Notes under the pieces: model-generated
The model's input: only the letters and a program-made list of their open reading frames with translations
The model's database searches: none
What the model was told of the DNA's origin: nothing
Part shown: positions 26,978-39,349 of the stretch, piece after piece
Numbering within the stretch: the stretch's first letter is position 1
Layout of the letters: each line of letters begins with the position of its first letter
NCBI GenBank assembly: GCA_951406725.2
Contig: OX597837.1
Coordinates: forward strand, 17,174,001-17,238,000
Direction of reading: 5' to 3'
From: Octopus vulgaris
Lineage: Eukaryota
Length of the DNA stretch: 64,000 nt
Made by a program: the position numbers and the translations under genes

Positions 26978-27600
26978 GTATGGTATACATAATGGTTTCA
27001 ACCATCCACATTCTGAGTTCAAATCTCTCCAGGTCAACTTTATCTTTCATGCAGCTATTGTTACATGTTTTTATATTGTTGGAACATTTGAAAAGGCATG
27101 AATATCGCATACTCTCATGTTCTTCTATTTCCCCTCCCCCACTGACTCTGAGGCCTTACACTTATTAAAGCAAACTGTAAATCATATCAGTTGAACCTGG
27201 TGACATTTGAGTTCAAGACTAATTTTATCAATTCAAAATTTTTCAATCATTAATTGTAAACTGTTAATATTAATTAAACATGATAAAGGTAAAGATTTCT
27301 TAAATCATAACAGTAATAATATTTATTATAATGCCATTAATATCTAATAATGTTTATTTATGTCATTAATATGTAACAATGTTTATTGTAATGTCTTCAA
27401 TATATAATAATGTCATTATTATATAGTAAAAATAGCAAAATTTGTACAGTCATTAGAATGTCAGATGGAATACCTTACTGTACATGTTTTGGCTCTCTGA
27501 GGTCAGAGCTCAAACCAAAACCAGATCAACTTTGCTTTTCATCCTTTTGGAGTCCATAAGTAAAGTACCAGTCAAGTATTGGGATTGATTCTCTCTCTCT

Positions 27601-27648
<48 letters not shown>

Positions 27649-27959
27649 ACACACACAGAATCAGCTATATTGCATTTTGAGTAGGGCCATGGGTGATGGT
27701 GACTTCCTTACTTCCAGAAATAGAGGACTGAGGAAAGTACTGGCAAACTCTTCTCATAGAAAATCTGTTAATTGTACCATCCAAGAGCAGCTGATGTGCA
27801 GTGCAGCTTGAAATATAAATCAAAAGAATATCTAATACTAGCAATGTTATTGGAGTAGCAGAATCTGTAGAGTAATGTTCAAAATGACTTGTGTTATGTC
27901 TCTTTACATTCAAAATTCAAATCTGATAAATTTCATTCACATCTGGGAAGACTTAACCT

Positions 27960-28545
27960 TTTGTAGCCCAGCACCACTTTTTTTACTGAACTGTGTTTTA
28001 CAAACATCCATGTGATTGGGTATTGCTGGCATTTTCTGTTTTGATTATTCATGGAGCAGAAATGTGACCCCTCTCAAAGATCCTGGCTAAGAGGATCGAT
28101 GGCTTCGATAACAGAGCTCTAAGAACTGCTGAGAACATCAGATGATAACATCACATTTCCAACAAAGAACTGCACGCGCACACACATCAGCCTGCGGCCA
28201 CCCACCTCATAGTTATCCATTGCTTGCGCTGGTATGGACATGTCCTCTGTCGCCCACTTAATCATCTTACCAGGGCTTTACTCTCATTTGTCACAGCAGC
28301 TAGGGGATGGAAGAGGCCTTATGGCAGGCTCCACACCAGATAGCTGGATGTAATTGGGGATGATCTTCAGAGGCTCCACATCCACCTTGGGGGATGCACT
28401 GGGGCTGGAATGTTACCACTAGCAATGAAGAGCACTGGTGGACATGGTTGGCTCTACACATGATGATGTCTCTGGGACCACTAACCTGGGATGACCCCAG
28501 CCTTATCAAGCAAGAGCATGAAACAGCAGCAAGCAAGCAACTTAT
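27960..28545 (+). mobile_element. RTE-clade LINE 3' remnant
   Basis: YGAE.*PL, RIDGFD.RALR, LRWYGHVL, GWKRP.GR; (AGCA)n tail. Confidence 0.7.
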
Positions 28546-28823
28546 TCATTTCCATGGGTTAAAAATGATAGTAACTGAAAACAAATGACAATGAATAATT
28601 TTGTATTTTAATTATAGAAAATAAATAATTTATTAATGATAAATTATAGGCGTAGGAGTAGCTGTGTCGTAAGTAGCTTGCTTACGAGCCACATGGTTCC
28701 AGGTTCAGTCCCACTGCGTGGCACCTTGGGCAAGTGTCTTCTACTATAGCCTCAGGCCGACCAAAACCTTGTGAGTGGATTTGGTAGACGGAAACTGAAG
28801 GAAGCCCATCTTATATATGTATA

Positions 28824-29207
28824 TCTTTATATATAAAAGTGAAGTTGTGTGTCTGTCTCCTACGATTTAGATTCCTAACTACTCCCACATTTTGCGGTGC
28901 AGTTTAACCAAAACCAGGTATCTTATAGTCATGATTCATATCGAGCCCTTCTGGGTATTAGCGCGCATCTACGATGAGTCTATGATTTAAAAAAAAATTT
29001 ACCATCATTTTTTCCATTTTAATGCATTTTTTTTGCTAATTATATAAGGGAAGTAACTCTCTAAAAATGTCTACGATGAGTCAATGATTTAAAAAAAAAT
29101 TTACCATCATTTTTTTCCCATTTTTAATGCATTTTTTTGCTATTTTTTGGCTCTCTAAAAATGCTTATATAGTTACAAACCCGAGCAACGCCGGGCGATA
29201 CTGCTAG
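28824..29207 (+). mobile_element. Non-autonomous Helitron-like element
   Basis: A|TC start, subterminal hairpin cccgagcaacgccggg, CTAG|T end, no TSD. Confidence 0.85.
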
Positions 29208-29219
29208 TATATATATACA

Positions 29220-29731
29220 CCATAAATCCTCGAGTATAATCCGCATTTTTTCCCCAGAAGTTAAAGGTCAAAATCCCTAGTGCATATTATACATGAGGTT
29301 AAAAATTAAAATTATTTTCTAAGCAATGTTTGAGTCTCTATTTGCTGTCCAGCAATGTTTATTCAGACGCATTTTGTGATGTCGGGCTCAAAAATACCTT
29401 CAGCTAAGCCTGAAAGCAATGAAGTCATAAAAGAATCATCCATAACTTGCAGTAAGCAACATTTATTAAACGTTATTACTGTTATTTCTTTATTTTCTGC
29501 AAACAAAATGCACAAAAATACTACACATTTGCATTATGTTATATATACAATAATAATAAAGTACGTTACCATATACATTTTTACAAACCAAGGATGTTAT
29601 ATAGACCTCCTTAACTCAAGTTAGAGAAGGGGTGCATATTATACACAAGGTTTAGGTCTTTCAGAGGTACAGCCCCCTAAGAATCCCCTGTGTATTATAC
29701 TCAAGGGCGGACTATACTCGAGGATTTACGG
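29220..29731. mobile_element. MITE (Tc1/mariner-pogo type)
   Basis: TIRs ccataaatcctcgagtataatccgc / gcggactatactcgaggatttacgg, in a TA-rich target. Confidence 0.85.
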
Positions 29732-30695
29732 TATATATATGTATGTGTGTGTGTCTGTGTTTGTCCTCCCAAAATCACTTGACAACTGATGCTGGTGTGT
29801 TTACGTCCCCGTTCAGCAAAAGAGACCAATAGAATAAGTACTAGGCTTACAAAGAATAAGTCCTGGGCTTGATTTGCTTGACTAAAGGCGGTGCTCCAGC
29901 ATGACCACAGTCAAATGACTGAAACAAGTAAAAGAGTAAAGAATGATGAATGTTTATAACACATAAAAACTATAATTTACAAAAGAGTTGAAAATTAATG
30001 TTCAAATGGTAAATTATAACATTTGCTTGTTTTCCTTCAATTTTTATTAATAATATTCATTAGCAAAGTTATGTTTACAAATTCAGATGGAAAAGAAGCA
30101 AATTGTAAACATTGGACCTTGGTATATCATCAGTTGCATTTCTAATCACTGATAACACAATGTCCCACTTGTATTGTAATTCTAACTGATAAAGAATTTT
30201 TTGAAATCTATTTACAATAAAAATTATTGTGCTTGGTTTAAATATTCTATTTCCAAGAATACTCAGCTCCCCCATAACATTCTCCTTGTGAGCTCACAAC
30301 ACTGCCAAAGTTAAGAACTACTGCTTATAGAAACCTTTAATTGGCACCAGTACTTGATTACTACTTTATTTCAGTGATCCTGGATAGATGAAATGCTAAA
30401 GTTAACCTCAGCAGGATTTACATTCTGAATGTTAAGAGCCATAACCAAAATACTGTGATATGATATGAGTATGTCAGTCTACTGCTACCTGTACTCGTTT
30501 AGGTTAACTTCTATCTTTCCTCCTTTCAGAATTGATGTAAAATAATTTCCAGTAGTATACTGTAGTCATTTTGATCACCTGCCTCACTTCTTTACACATT
30601 TATATGATGATAATATCTATTTTAATATTGTTAAAATAGCAATTATAATGATGATGATGATGATATTTTACTCTGTTGTATGATAATTCTTGCAG

Positions 30696-30855
30696 AATAG
30701 GCATTCCATTCACAAGATGTCACTTACCTGAACAGGATGACCAGTGTGTGGTGAAGAAAGCTACTACATGTGATGTTGTGTGTCCTGTGGTTATTGAACC
30801 TGTCGATGTATGGAAGATGTACATTTTCAATTGTATTGACATTAGGTGGTCAATT
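30696..30855 (+). CDS. TRAPPC9: TRAPPC9 coding exon, followed by a U12-type donor
   Basis: ttcttgcag acceptor; phase 2 to 0. Reads (R)IGIPFTRCHLP...IFNCIDIRWSI and ends at |GTATCCTT. Confidence 0.88.
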
Positions 30856-30863
30856 GTATCCTT
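30856..30863 (+). promoter_or_regulatory. U12-type 5' splice site GTATCCTT
   Basis: Exact match to the minor-spliceosome donor consensus RTATCCTT, at the point where the reading frame must join the next exon. Confidence 0.88.
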
Positions 30864-32105
30864 GAAGAAGAGAACTGAGAGTGCAGTCTGTGTGTGGGGG
30901 AGGGGGAAGGTCTGCTGTGGAACATGAATGTCAATTAGTATATTGATGAAACATAAGGGCAAGCAATCTAATGGTCAAGCTTGACTCTTGGCTCTCAGAC
31001 CAGACAGCACACTGTGTTCTTGGGAAAGGAACCTCATTTCATAATGATTCAGTTCACTCAACTGAAAATTAGTTGCATCTGTTTGCTTAATGGCACCTCA
31101 AAGACTAAAACCTTGTAGTGAAAGGTGCCAGTAGTCCTTGATGGCTATGGCTCACTAGATGATAATGAGCAGGGAGGGGATTTGTTTATTGTTTAGCCCC
31201 AAGTCAGTTATAAATCAGAAGACCTGTCATCTACTCACAACAATCCCAATTATTCAATGTGTCATTCTTAGAGAGGGTAAGATTTGATGTGAATTGCTTT
31301 AGTTGTTATTTTTAGCAATTTGAGTACCCACATAGAATCTCCTTCATTGGCTTGTATGGAAGTGGATGGGTGTTTTGATTTATTGGATTTGTTGCAGGTA
31401 TTGATGGGTTCTAATGGAGTCTGGAGATGGGTTTTTTAATCACATCAATGTCATTAACAAAGGCATGGATATTACAGAATCATACATTCTTCTCTAGACT
31501 GTCTGTAAATCTGAGGTGTTGAGTCTGTAGAAGTGAGCTTTATCAGCTCCAGTATAGTTGAATGCTGAATTCTCACATAAGCTGTCTTGTCTGTTACTGC
31601 ATTCTGGAACTTGGTGTCATTAGATCATCAGTAAGTAATAAGAAATGTAAGAATCATTCCATGCTTTTCATGTTATCTGGCAGGGCTCGTTCTGAGCACT
31701 CTGATTTTTTCAGTGAACATACTAGCTCCCTCGGGCGCTATTAATCTATATTTTAAAAATAAATCATTGAGGATATTTACTTTGAGGGGCCATTGACATG
31801 AAAAAATAATAGCTAAGTTGATATTTAATATAATGAGAGAACTAAATATCTAATTAGACATATATGTACATAGTAGGGGACATGTTCAAATCTTTTTAAA
31901 ACTCTTTAGCAAAACATAGATTTCTCTGTATTTGTTACTCTAGTAATAAGAGAATCGTTTAGTAGATTTACAATATCATACACAAGTAGATATGAAAAAA
32001 GAGCATATTTAAAGATAAATTCAAATTAATTATTCAAAGATGCCAGCCACTTGAAAAATAAGTTAAGTTAGTGTTAATATAATGTAGTGAATATCAAATC
32101 CCTTA

Positions 32106-32470
32106 TCTCTATATATATAAACGGCAAAATTTCTGCGTGTGTGTCCTTTATACAAATCCACAATTTTTCAGTTAGAGAGCTCGCACTTTCTATGGTCATT
32201 CAAAACCATCCAAGGGTGGTTGTGCACATCTTTACATTTCCCCAGTCACCTCGCAAAGCCATTAAAAAAATCAATAGAAGTAACTTTTTTGTGAATTTTC
32301 TATCCAAAACCCAATCAAAATGCCCGAAACTTGATACTCCAATTGAATGCCAGCTAGCTGTATGTGATTGGTCGGAGATTTGGACAGTACTCGTGTGTAT
32401 GTGCGCACGCACGCAGCTGTATATGCATGCACTAGCACTATGACCCGGCGTTGCTGGGTCATACTGCTAG
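32106..32470 (+). mobile_element. Non-autonomous Helitron-like element, second family
   Basis: A|TC start, hairpin gacccggcgttgctgggtc, CTAG|T end; close copy at 46796-47155. Confidence 0.85.
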
Positions 32471-32867
32471 TGAAGAATAATTGTCCAGAGAAGAAAAAGC
32501 AATATTAAGCTCATTGACTAATGAAAATTTTTTCAATCTCAAGATATATAATTCGTTTTACACCTGTGTTTCTATATAAGAATAGGCTACATGAATATAT
32601 TATTGAAACCTTGTTTTACAGCCAGATGTCCTTACTGTCACTGTCACTCAGTCGTAGTCCTATATGTATGTATATATGCACATGTCTCTCACATTCATGT
32701 GCATATGTGTGCATGTACCAGTAACATTTGTTTGACCTTCTCTCTCTCTCTCTCATGTATTAAATCTGATGATTTAATACCTGTCTTAGAACAAGTCATT
32801 GTTGTGAAAACTGAACATTTGTCCTCTTATCTATTTATTAATAACCTCCATATTAACTTTCTTCATA

Positions 32868-34137
32868 TGAGGGGCGTTCAATAAGTAATGCCCCTGACCC
32901 ACTTGCAGTTGTTTGATCTAGCTGAAATTTTGCATGTGCACTTATTTATACCTCTATAGATCAAGTGGCGAATTACAGCTCTGAACTAATTGTGGTGTCT
33001 GATTTACAGGTGTTTGAACTGAGTCAAGTGTGAAATGGAGCCTGTTGAGTGTCGAGCAGTGATCTGGTTTTTGTATTTGAAAGGATGCACACCACGGGAG
33101 ACTTTTGATGAAATGAAAGTAACTTATGGTGATGATGCCCCATCATATGACCTTGTAAAACGCTGGCATTGTGAATTCAAACATGGTCAGAACTCTGTGG
33201 AAACAGCTCCCAGATCTGGTCGCCCCCTTCTGCCGTTGATGAGACATCTGTCCGTCAAGTTGAGGCTGCCATTTTGGAAGGTCAACGCATGACTATTCGC
33301 CAAATAGCCCATAAGGTCAAGATTAGTACCGGGTCTGTGGAAACTATCATTCATGACCATTTGCATATGCAAAAGGTGTCTGCCAGATGGATTTCCAGGT
33401 TGCTCACACCTTTCCAAAAGCAAGAACGCGTTGAGTGCTCGAGGATGAATTTGGAGATGTGCCAAGAAGATGAGTCAAAATTTTTCAAAAGACTGATCAC
33501 ACAGGATAAAACCTGGGTCCATCACTATGATCCATAGACCAAAGCCCAGTCAATGCAGTGAAAGCACTGTGACTCACCTCCTCCAAAGAAGGCAAGGGTG
33601 CAGCCCTCCGCTGACAAGGTTATGCTCACAGTCTTCTGGGACCAGGACGGAGTAGTGATGACATATTTCCTAGCAAAGGGTACCACAATTACAGGAGCCT
33701 ATTATGCTTCACTTTTTAGGAAATTAAGAGAAGCTATCAAAATCAAGAGGCGGGGCAAGATCAGCAAAGGCATCCTCCTTCTGCAGGACAACGCTCCGGT
33801 CCACAACTCGCGTGTCGCCAGATCAGAAGCACAGGCGTGCAGCTATGAACTCCTCCCCTTGCACCCTCTGATTTTCACCTCTTCCTAGCCATGAAGTTGA
33901 TTTTAAAAGGAAAGCGTTTCCCAGATGATGCAGCCTTGATTTCTGAAGTCACGTCGTGGTTGGAGGACCAAGCTGGGGTCTTCTACAAAAACGGTCTCCA
34001 GAGCTGTATCAAACGATGGGAGAAATGCATAACTCTGGGTAGTTCCTATGTAGGAAAAGATTAATAACTGTGCCAAGTGTCGTTGCTCTACTGCTATGGG
34101 AAGTGGGTCAGGGGCATTACTTATTGAACGCCCCTCG
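32868..34137 (+). mobile_element. Mariner transposon (irritans/Hsmar2-like), full length, transposase disrupted
   Basis: About 38-bp TIRs (gaggggcgttcaataagtaatgcccctgacccactt) flanked by TA. ORF pieces from 33035 show RSGRP, SARWI.RLL, TQDKTWVHHYDP, KVMLTVFWD and LLQDNAP.H. Confidence 0.95.
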
Positions 34138-34679
34138 TAAAAGATGTGTAATAGTATATCCTGGATATGGGTGTTACCAACTATATAATATCAGGTGTGT
34201 CTTAAATTTTTTTATTACTTAAACTGTGTTATGGTAGTCAATGATCATAGAACATGACAGTGAGAATTGAATTGAGAGAGTCAGAAAAGATACTGGGAAA
34301 GATTGGAGAAAGAGCAAAGAGAGGAAATAAGAATTAAGAAGAATAAAGAGAAGAGAATTAGGAATGGTGAAGAAATGATGAGAAAAGGAATGAAATAAAT
34401 TCAAGAAATGGATCCAGAAGGTGTCACATGATTGATGATGAAGCTGAAGCTAATAGGATAAACATGAGAATTGTTAATCAAGAAAGAAAGCAAAATATGA
34501 ATGATGATAATGGGCAAGAATATTTTTGCCAGAATATGAAAACAGTTTAGAAGAAAAAACATGACTACAGAGAATAGACAAGATTTCCTCAGAATTGATT
34601 AAAGGATTATGAAGGAAATTACAAGATATCATTCCTGAGTGGGGAGATGGTTATGGTTGTGGAAATTCCATCGGTACTG

Positions 34680-34900
34680 CTAGTTGTTATAATTATGGTA
34701 TCATTAATTGTTATAGTTAGTACTGGTTGTTATTTTCTATTAAGGTAGCTTTGATTGCTATAGTAAATTATGCTATCACTAATTGTTATAATTATGATAT
34801 CACTTATTGTTATGGTTACTTATGGTAGCACTTAATTGTTGTAGTTAATCGTGGTAGCAATGATTGTTATAGTTAATTATGGTAGCACTGCTTTGTAGAG
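34680..34900. repeat. Degenerate minisatellite of about 28 bp
   Basis: Recurring attgttatagttaattatggtagcact-like unit; a similar AT-rich array with a unit of about 30 bp lies at 27310-27425. Confidence 0.6.
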
Positions 34901-35845
34901 TTAAGATGGACTGTAGTTATAGTATGTAAAGGATGAAAAATTCAACACAAAGACGAAGTATAAAATAAGTACAGAGTTGGTATAAGTTTGACACTCAGGA
35001 AATGGTAAAAAAGAAGGAAGTGTTTTTAATGTTCTCAAGTTTCCCTTCTCCAATTTTTTTCTCACACCATCTCTATCCTATCTTTCAGAAGAAAAATATA
35101 TACTTGAAACATTAAAACCATTTCCTTCCTTTTTTCTTGTTTCTTGAACATCAAACTAATGCTAACTCTGTTTAATTTTACCTTGTCTTTGTGTTGTATT
35201 TTTCATCTTTTGCGTGCTTAGTATCCTATTGTGAAACCCCTAGCACCTTGCTATAGTATCCAAATTAAAAATCTCTACTTTAAACCATGTTTCAAGTGCC
35301 TAACCATTAAGATCACTGTTTTGCTCCAGGTTCATACAGTTTAGCAGATTAAAGTATTACTCTGAATAGAATGTCAATCTGTCTCAGCTAACTTTCCCAG
35401 ATGATCTGATACCTATTCCTTCCGACAAGGATGGATTATCAAAATTGTTACAATATTGAACAAAATGCCCAGAGATTATTTAATCATGACCCTTTACATT
35501 CTAGATTTAAATCTTCTCAAGGTCAGCTTTGTCTTTTATCATTCTGGGGTCAGTAAAACACCAGTCAGTGTACTGGGGTCAATTTCTATTTCTTATAGGT
35601 CATCCATGATGTGAATGAACTGACAATAGAGCAGAAGAAATAAATTACACCTGAAGCAATGTATTGAAATAACATTCTAGGTTTCTGGATATCTGGTCCC
35701 CAAAGTCAGTCATTAAAACATAATTTGAAACATAGGGTTTTTAAATGTATGTATAAAAACACAAGGGATTAGGTTAATTGATAATGGGGCAATACCATGG
35801 CATATTTTTCTGGTGTTACAATATATTTGTGACATATCATGGATG

Positions 35846-35866
35846 TACCTTAACTGTTGCACCCAG
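35846..35866 (+). promoter_or_regulatory. U12-type branch point (TACCTTAAC) and 3' splice site
   Basis: CCTTAAC lies 12 nt before the end of the CAG acceptor with no polypyrimidine tract, as expected for a U12 intron. Confidence 0.85.
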
Positions 35867-35960
35867 CCAGCTGTGAATGCTACTGGAAAAGTTTCTCTTG
35901 ATAACATAGTGTGGGGCACATCACAGATGAACTTGATGAAGCTCAGTCCTATCAAATGGA
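35867..35960 (+). CDS. TRAPPC9: TRAPPC9 coding exon
   Basis: Phase 0 to 1, A|gtaagt donor. PAVNATGKVSLDNIVWGTSQMNLMKLSPIKW aligns by eye with PSL...GEASV........L..L.LAPLQW. Confidence 0.9.
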
Positions 35961-38090
35961 GTAAGTACTCTCTCTTTCTTTCTTGTTCACTTCTTTCTGT
36001 ATTTCTATATGATACATAGCTTGAGAAATCATTATCACTACCACCACTACAATGATCAATCATAACTACTACCACTACCAATCATGGTCACGTCACTCAA
36101 CCTAACAGAAGTAGCAGTCAAACCACCCTCAAATCATAGAGTTCAGAACGCTTTAAATAATATAGGTTGATCACAGCTGTCTTTGACCTTAGTTTTTAGC
36201 CTTAGGTCATTTCTGACTAAGCTAACTCGGAGCTAAACAATGACAACCAACATGTCCATTTTGTGCAGTTGCTGCATGTGTTATACATATTGGTCAATGT
36301 CACTTTCTCATGCCAAGCTGGAGGCTTCTATGTAGATGTTCAGCCTATTAGAATTAGAAGCTAAATTTCTCTCACATTACACTCAATTGTCTTACAAAAA
36401 AAGCGACATGTTGGATAATGTATGTTATGGGACTAAACAATAGCAACAAATTGAAATCAAGCCAGTAGGAAAGCATCTTTGTGGTTACTCAGTCTGCTAA
36501 AAGTAAAAACCAAATCATCCTCATCATACTCTACCATCTTAAAAAGAGGGAAGGACATATTACCTTGATACAGTATCTTTTATTTTTACTTGTTTCACTC
36601 ATTAGATCATAGCCATGTTGGGACACCACTTCAAAAGAATTTTTAGTCGAATGAATTGACCCCTGTATTTTTTTCTCAGCCTGGTACTTATTCTATCGAT
36701 CTCCTTTGCTGAACCACTAGGTTATGGAGATGTAAACACACCAACACTGGCTATAAAGCAGCACACATTTAGACACATATATACACATATACAACAGGCT
36801 TCTTTCAGTTTCTGTCTACCAAACAAGGCTTTGGGTGGCCTGAGGTAGAAGACACTTGCAGTAGGACTGAATCCAGAACCATGTGGTTGGGAATCAAACT
36901 TCTTACCACACAACCATGCCTGTGCATATGTCTAACAAAAAGAAAAAGATGAGGCTATCATCTTCGATCATATGTCTGCTCCATCAATGCCTGACCTTGC
37001 CCTAAGTTGCCTGTACCCTTACCCTTTCCCTAACTCTGTATTAGTTTTGCTATGATTATTTTCAGTACTTCCATTATTTGGTTCTTAAGTTTTAGACTCC
37101 TATACTTTCATCTTGATCAACTTCTTTATTGAGATCCGATTCCTAGCTGTAACACTGTTCATCTTGATGCCACTAGCAGAATATCATGTAATCTCATTTT
37201 CTATTATTCTAAATTGTTGTACCTCTGAAAGAAAAACTTATTCATGTAAAGTGTATTAATATTAGGTTCATGATCATTAAGTTGTGGAGTTGACAGTGTA
37301 TCCTTGAACAAGACACTTTTCATATTATTCCAGTTTACACAGCTGAAAATGAGTACTTGCTGAATGCTGGTGAATCCCTTTTCCTCTCCAGCTGTCACAT
37401 CCTCAATGTTTCTCTGAATCATGTGATGGGTGGCCAAGAAGATGTCTATGTCTTCTCATGACTCCTAAAACAAGTAGTCAAAGGATCTTACTTACTACCA
37501 GATCATATTCATTTCTGACTGACAACTATGGCTCTTTTATTATATTTGTTCAGCAGCTGTGTGGTAAGAAGTTTGCTTCCTAACCACATGGTTTTGAGTT
37601 CAGTTCCACTCTGTGGTACCTTAGGCTAGTTTCTTCTACTACAGCCTTGGGCTGACCAAAGCTTTGTGTGTGGATTTGGTGGATGGAAACTACTATCATA
37701 TATGTGTGTTTTGTGTCTGTGTTTGTCCCCACCACCACTTGACAACTAGTGTTGGTGTGTTTATGTTCGTGTAACTTAGCTGTTTGGCAAAAGTGACTGA
37801 TATAATAAGTACCAGGCTTTCAAGAAAAATAAGTACTGGAGTCAATTTGTTCAACTAAAAAGTTCTAAGGCAGTGACCCAGCATGGCTTCAGCTTAATGA
37901 CTGAAACAAGTAAAATATAAAATTCTAAGCTGCTAGTAAGGTAACAAATTTATTTTGATTCTTGGTTGTAGTTACCTCACTTTATATAATCTGTTAATTC
38001 CATTCAGGGAAATCAACATTCTCATTGTGTACTCCCTTTAAGATGTGTGCTTGTGAGAAATTTATATTTTGCTTTGTTCTGTATTTTTAG

Positions 38091-38192
38091 CTGTGGTTGT
38101 GAACTCCCAGTTTTTTGATGTGACCAATGTACCGCAGGTCACAGTTGGAGAGTTAACCAGCCTACATATTACCATGATGAATGCCGACAATG
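38091..38192 (+). CDS. TRAPPC9: TRAPPC9 coding exon
   Basis: atttttag acceptor and G|gtaagt donor; phase 1 to 1. VVVNSQFFDVTNVPQVTVGELTSLHITMMNADN resembles V.V.G.......QVGD...L.V...N. Confidence 0.88.
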
Positions 38193-38673
38193 GTAAGTTT
38201 GATGTTTTTGTAGTTCAGGTAAACTTTGATCAACTCTTCTCAAGCAAATGTATAAGAAGGGTAAAATTAGTTCACCTGTTATTCTTGCAATTTAGTTAAA
38301 CCATCCAATTATACATATATTTATTGGTATGTATAATGTCTGTTTTCATTTATATATTTAGAAATATATTTTTGTCTATCAGTTGAGTTTAATGTTTTTC
38401 TATCTGTCTGTCTATGTGTGTGTTTAATTATTTGAATATATGAAAAGTAGCTTTTAACCAGTTTCCTCTCAACTTAATATTTGGCACGAGGTGTCTTTCC
38501 TTATTTTCACAGTCCTTCTTATCTACCTTTTCACTCTCTTCTTAGATACACCACACATTATCATGACATTCTTATTCTTTGAATTTTCCATGCTCATGAA
38601 CAGAATTGCTGTTTATATGCTCTTTCTGTCTTTTTTTTTTCCTTTTTGTGTGTGTGTGTGTGTATATACATAT

Positions 38674-38724
<51 letters not shown>

Positions 38725-38727
<3 letters not shown>

Positions 38728-39060
38728 ATCAACATCAATGGAAACTGTAGTTGTGATACCAGTGCCGGTGGCATGTAAGAGAACCATCCGAACGTGGCCG
38801 TTGCCAGCGCTGCCCCGACTGGCCTCCATGCCGGTGGCATGTAAAAAGCACCATCCGATTGTGGCTGTTGCCAGCCTCGTCTGGCGCGTAAAAAGCACCC
38901 ACTACACTCACGGAGTGGTTGGCGTTAGGAAGGGCATCCAGCTGTAGAAACACTGCCAGATCAGACTGGACCTGTTGCAACCTTCTGGCTTCCCAGACCC
39001 CAGTTGAACCATCCAACTCATGCTATCATGGAAAGTGGACGTTAAACGATGATGATGATA
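38725..39060 (+). mobile_element. SINE-like repeat with internal tandem modules and (GAT)n tail
   Basis: Repeated gtgccggtggca.gtaaaaagcacc modules, then ggcgttaggaagggcatccagctgtagaaac. Confidence 0.8.
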
Positions 39061-39349
39061 TATATATAAATAGATGTGTGCACTTTTCCCTTGTTAACAA
39101 TTAACATACATATATATATAGGAGAGTATTGTAGTTAGCTTGAAGCATTGTGTATTATTTGTAAAAAATAATAAATTATAATATTGTATTTTGAATGGCA
39201 GAACAATGCACTATAATAACAACAATGGATTATAATAGCTGTTATAATTTAATCATCCATAGTCTGATATATTTCAGAATATAAAAATTCCTAGGAATTG
39301 ATTGAGTCACTGCTATAATCGATTTTCCACTGTTTTTTTTTTTCTTTTT

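Larger units (their letters stand above)
28649..29945 (+). mobile_element. tRNA-derived SINE split by two nested insertions
   Basis: Head ggcgtaggagtagctgtg...ggttcagtcccactgcgtggcaccttgggcaagtg; the body resumes at about 29745 and ends gactgaaacaagtaaaaga. Uninterrupted relatives at 37553-37922 (+) and 36585-36925 (-). Confidence 0.85.
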
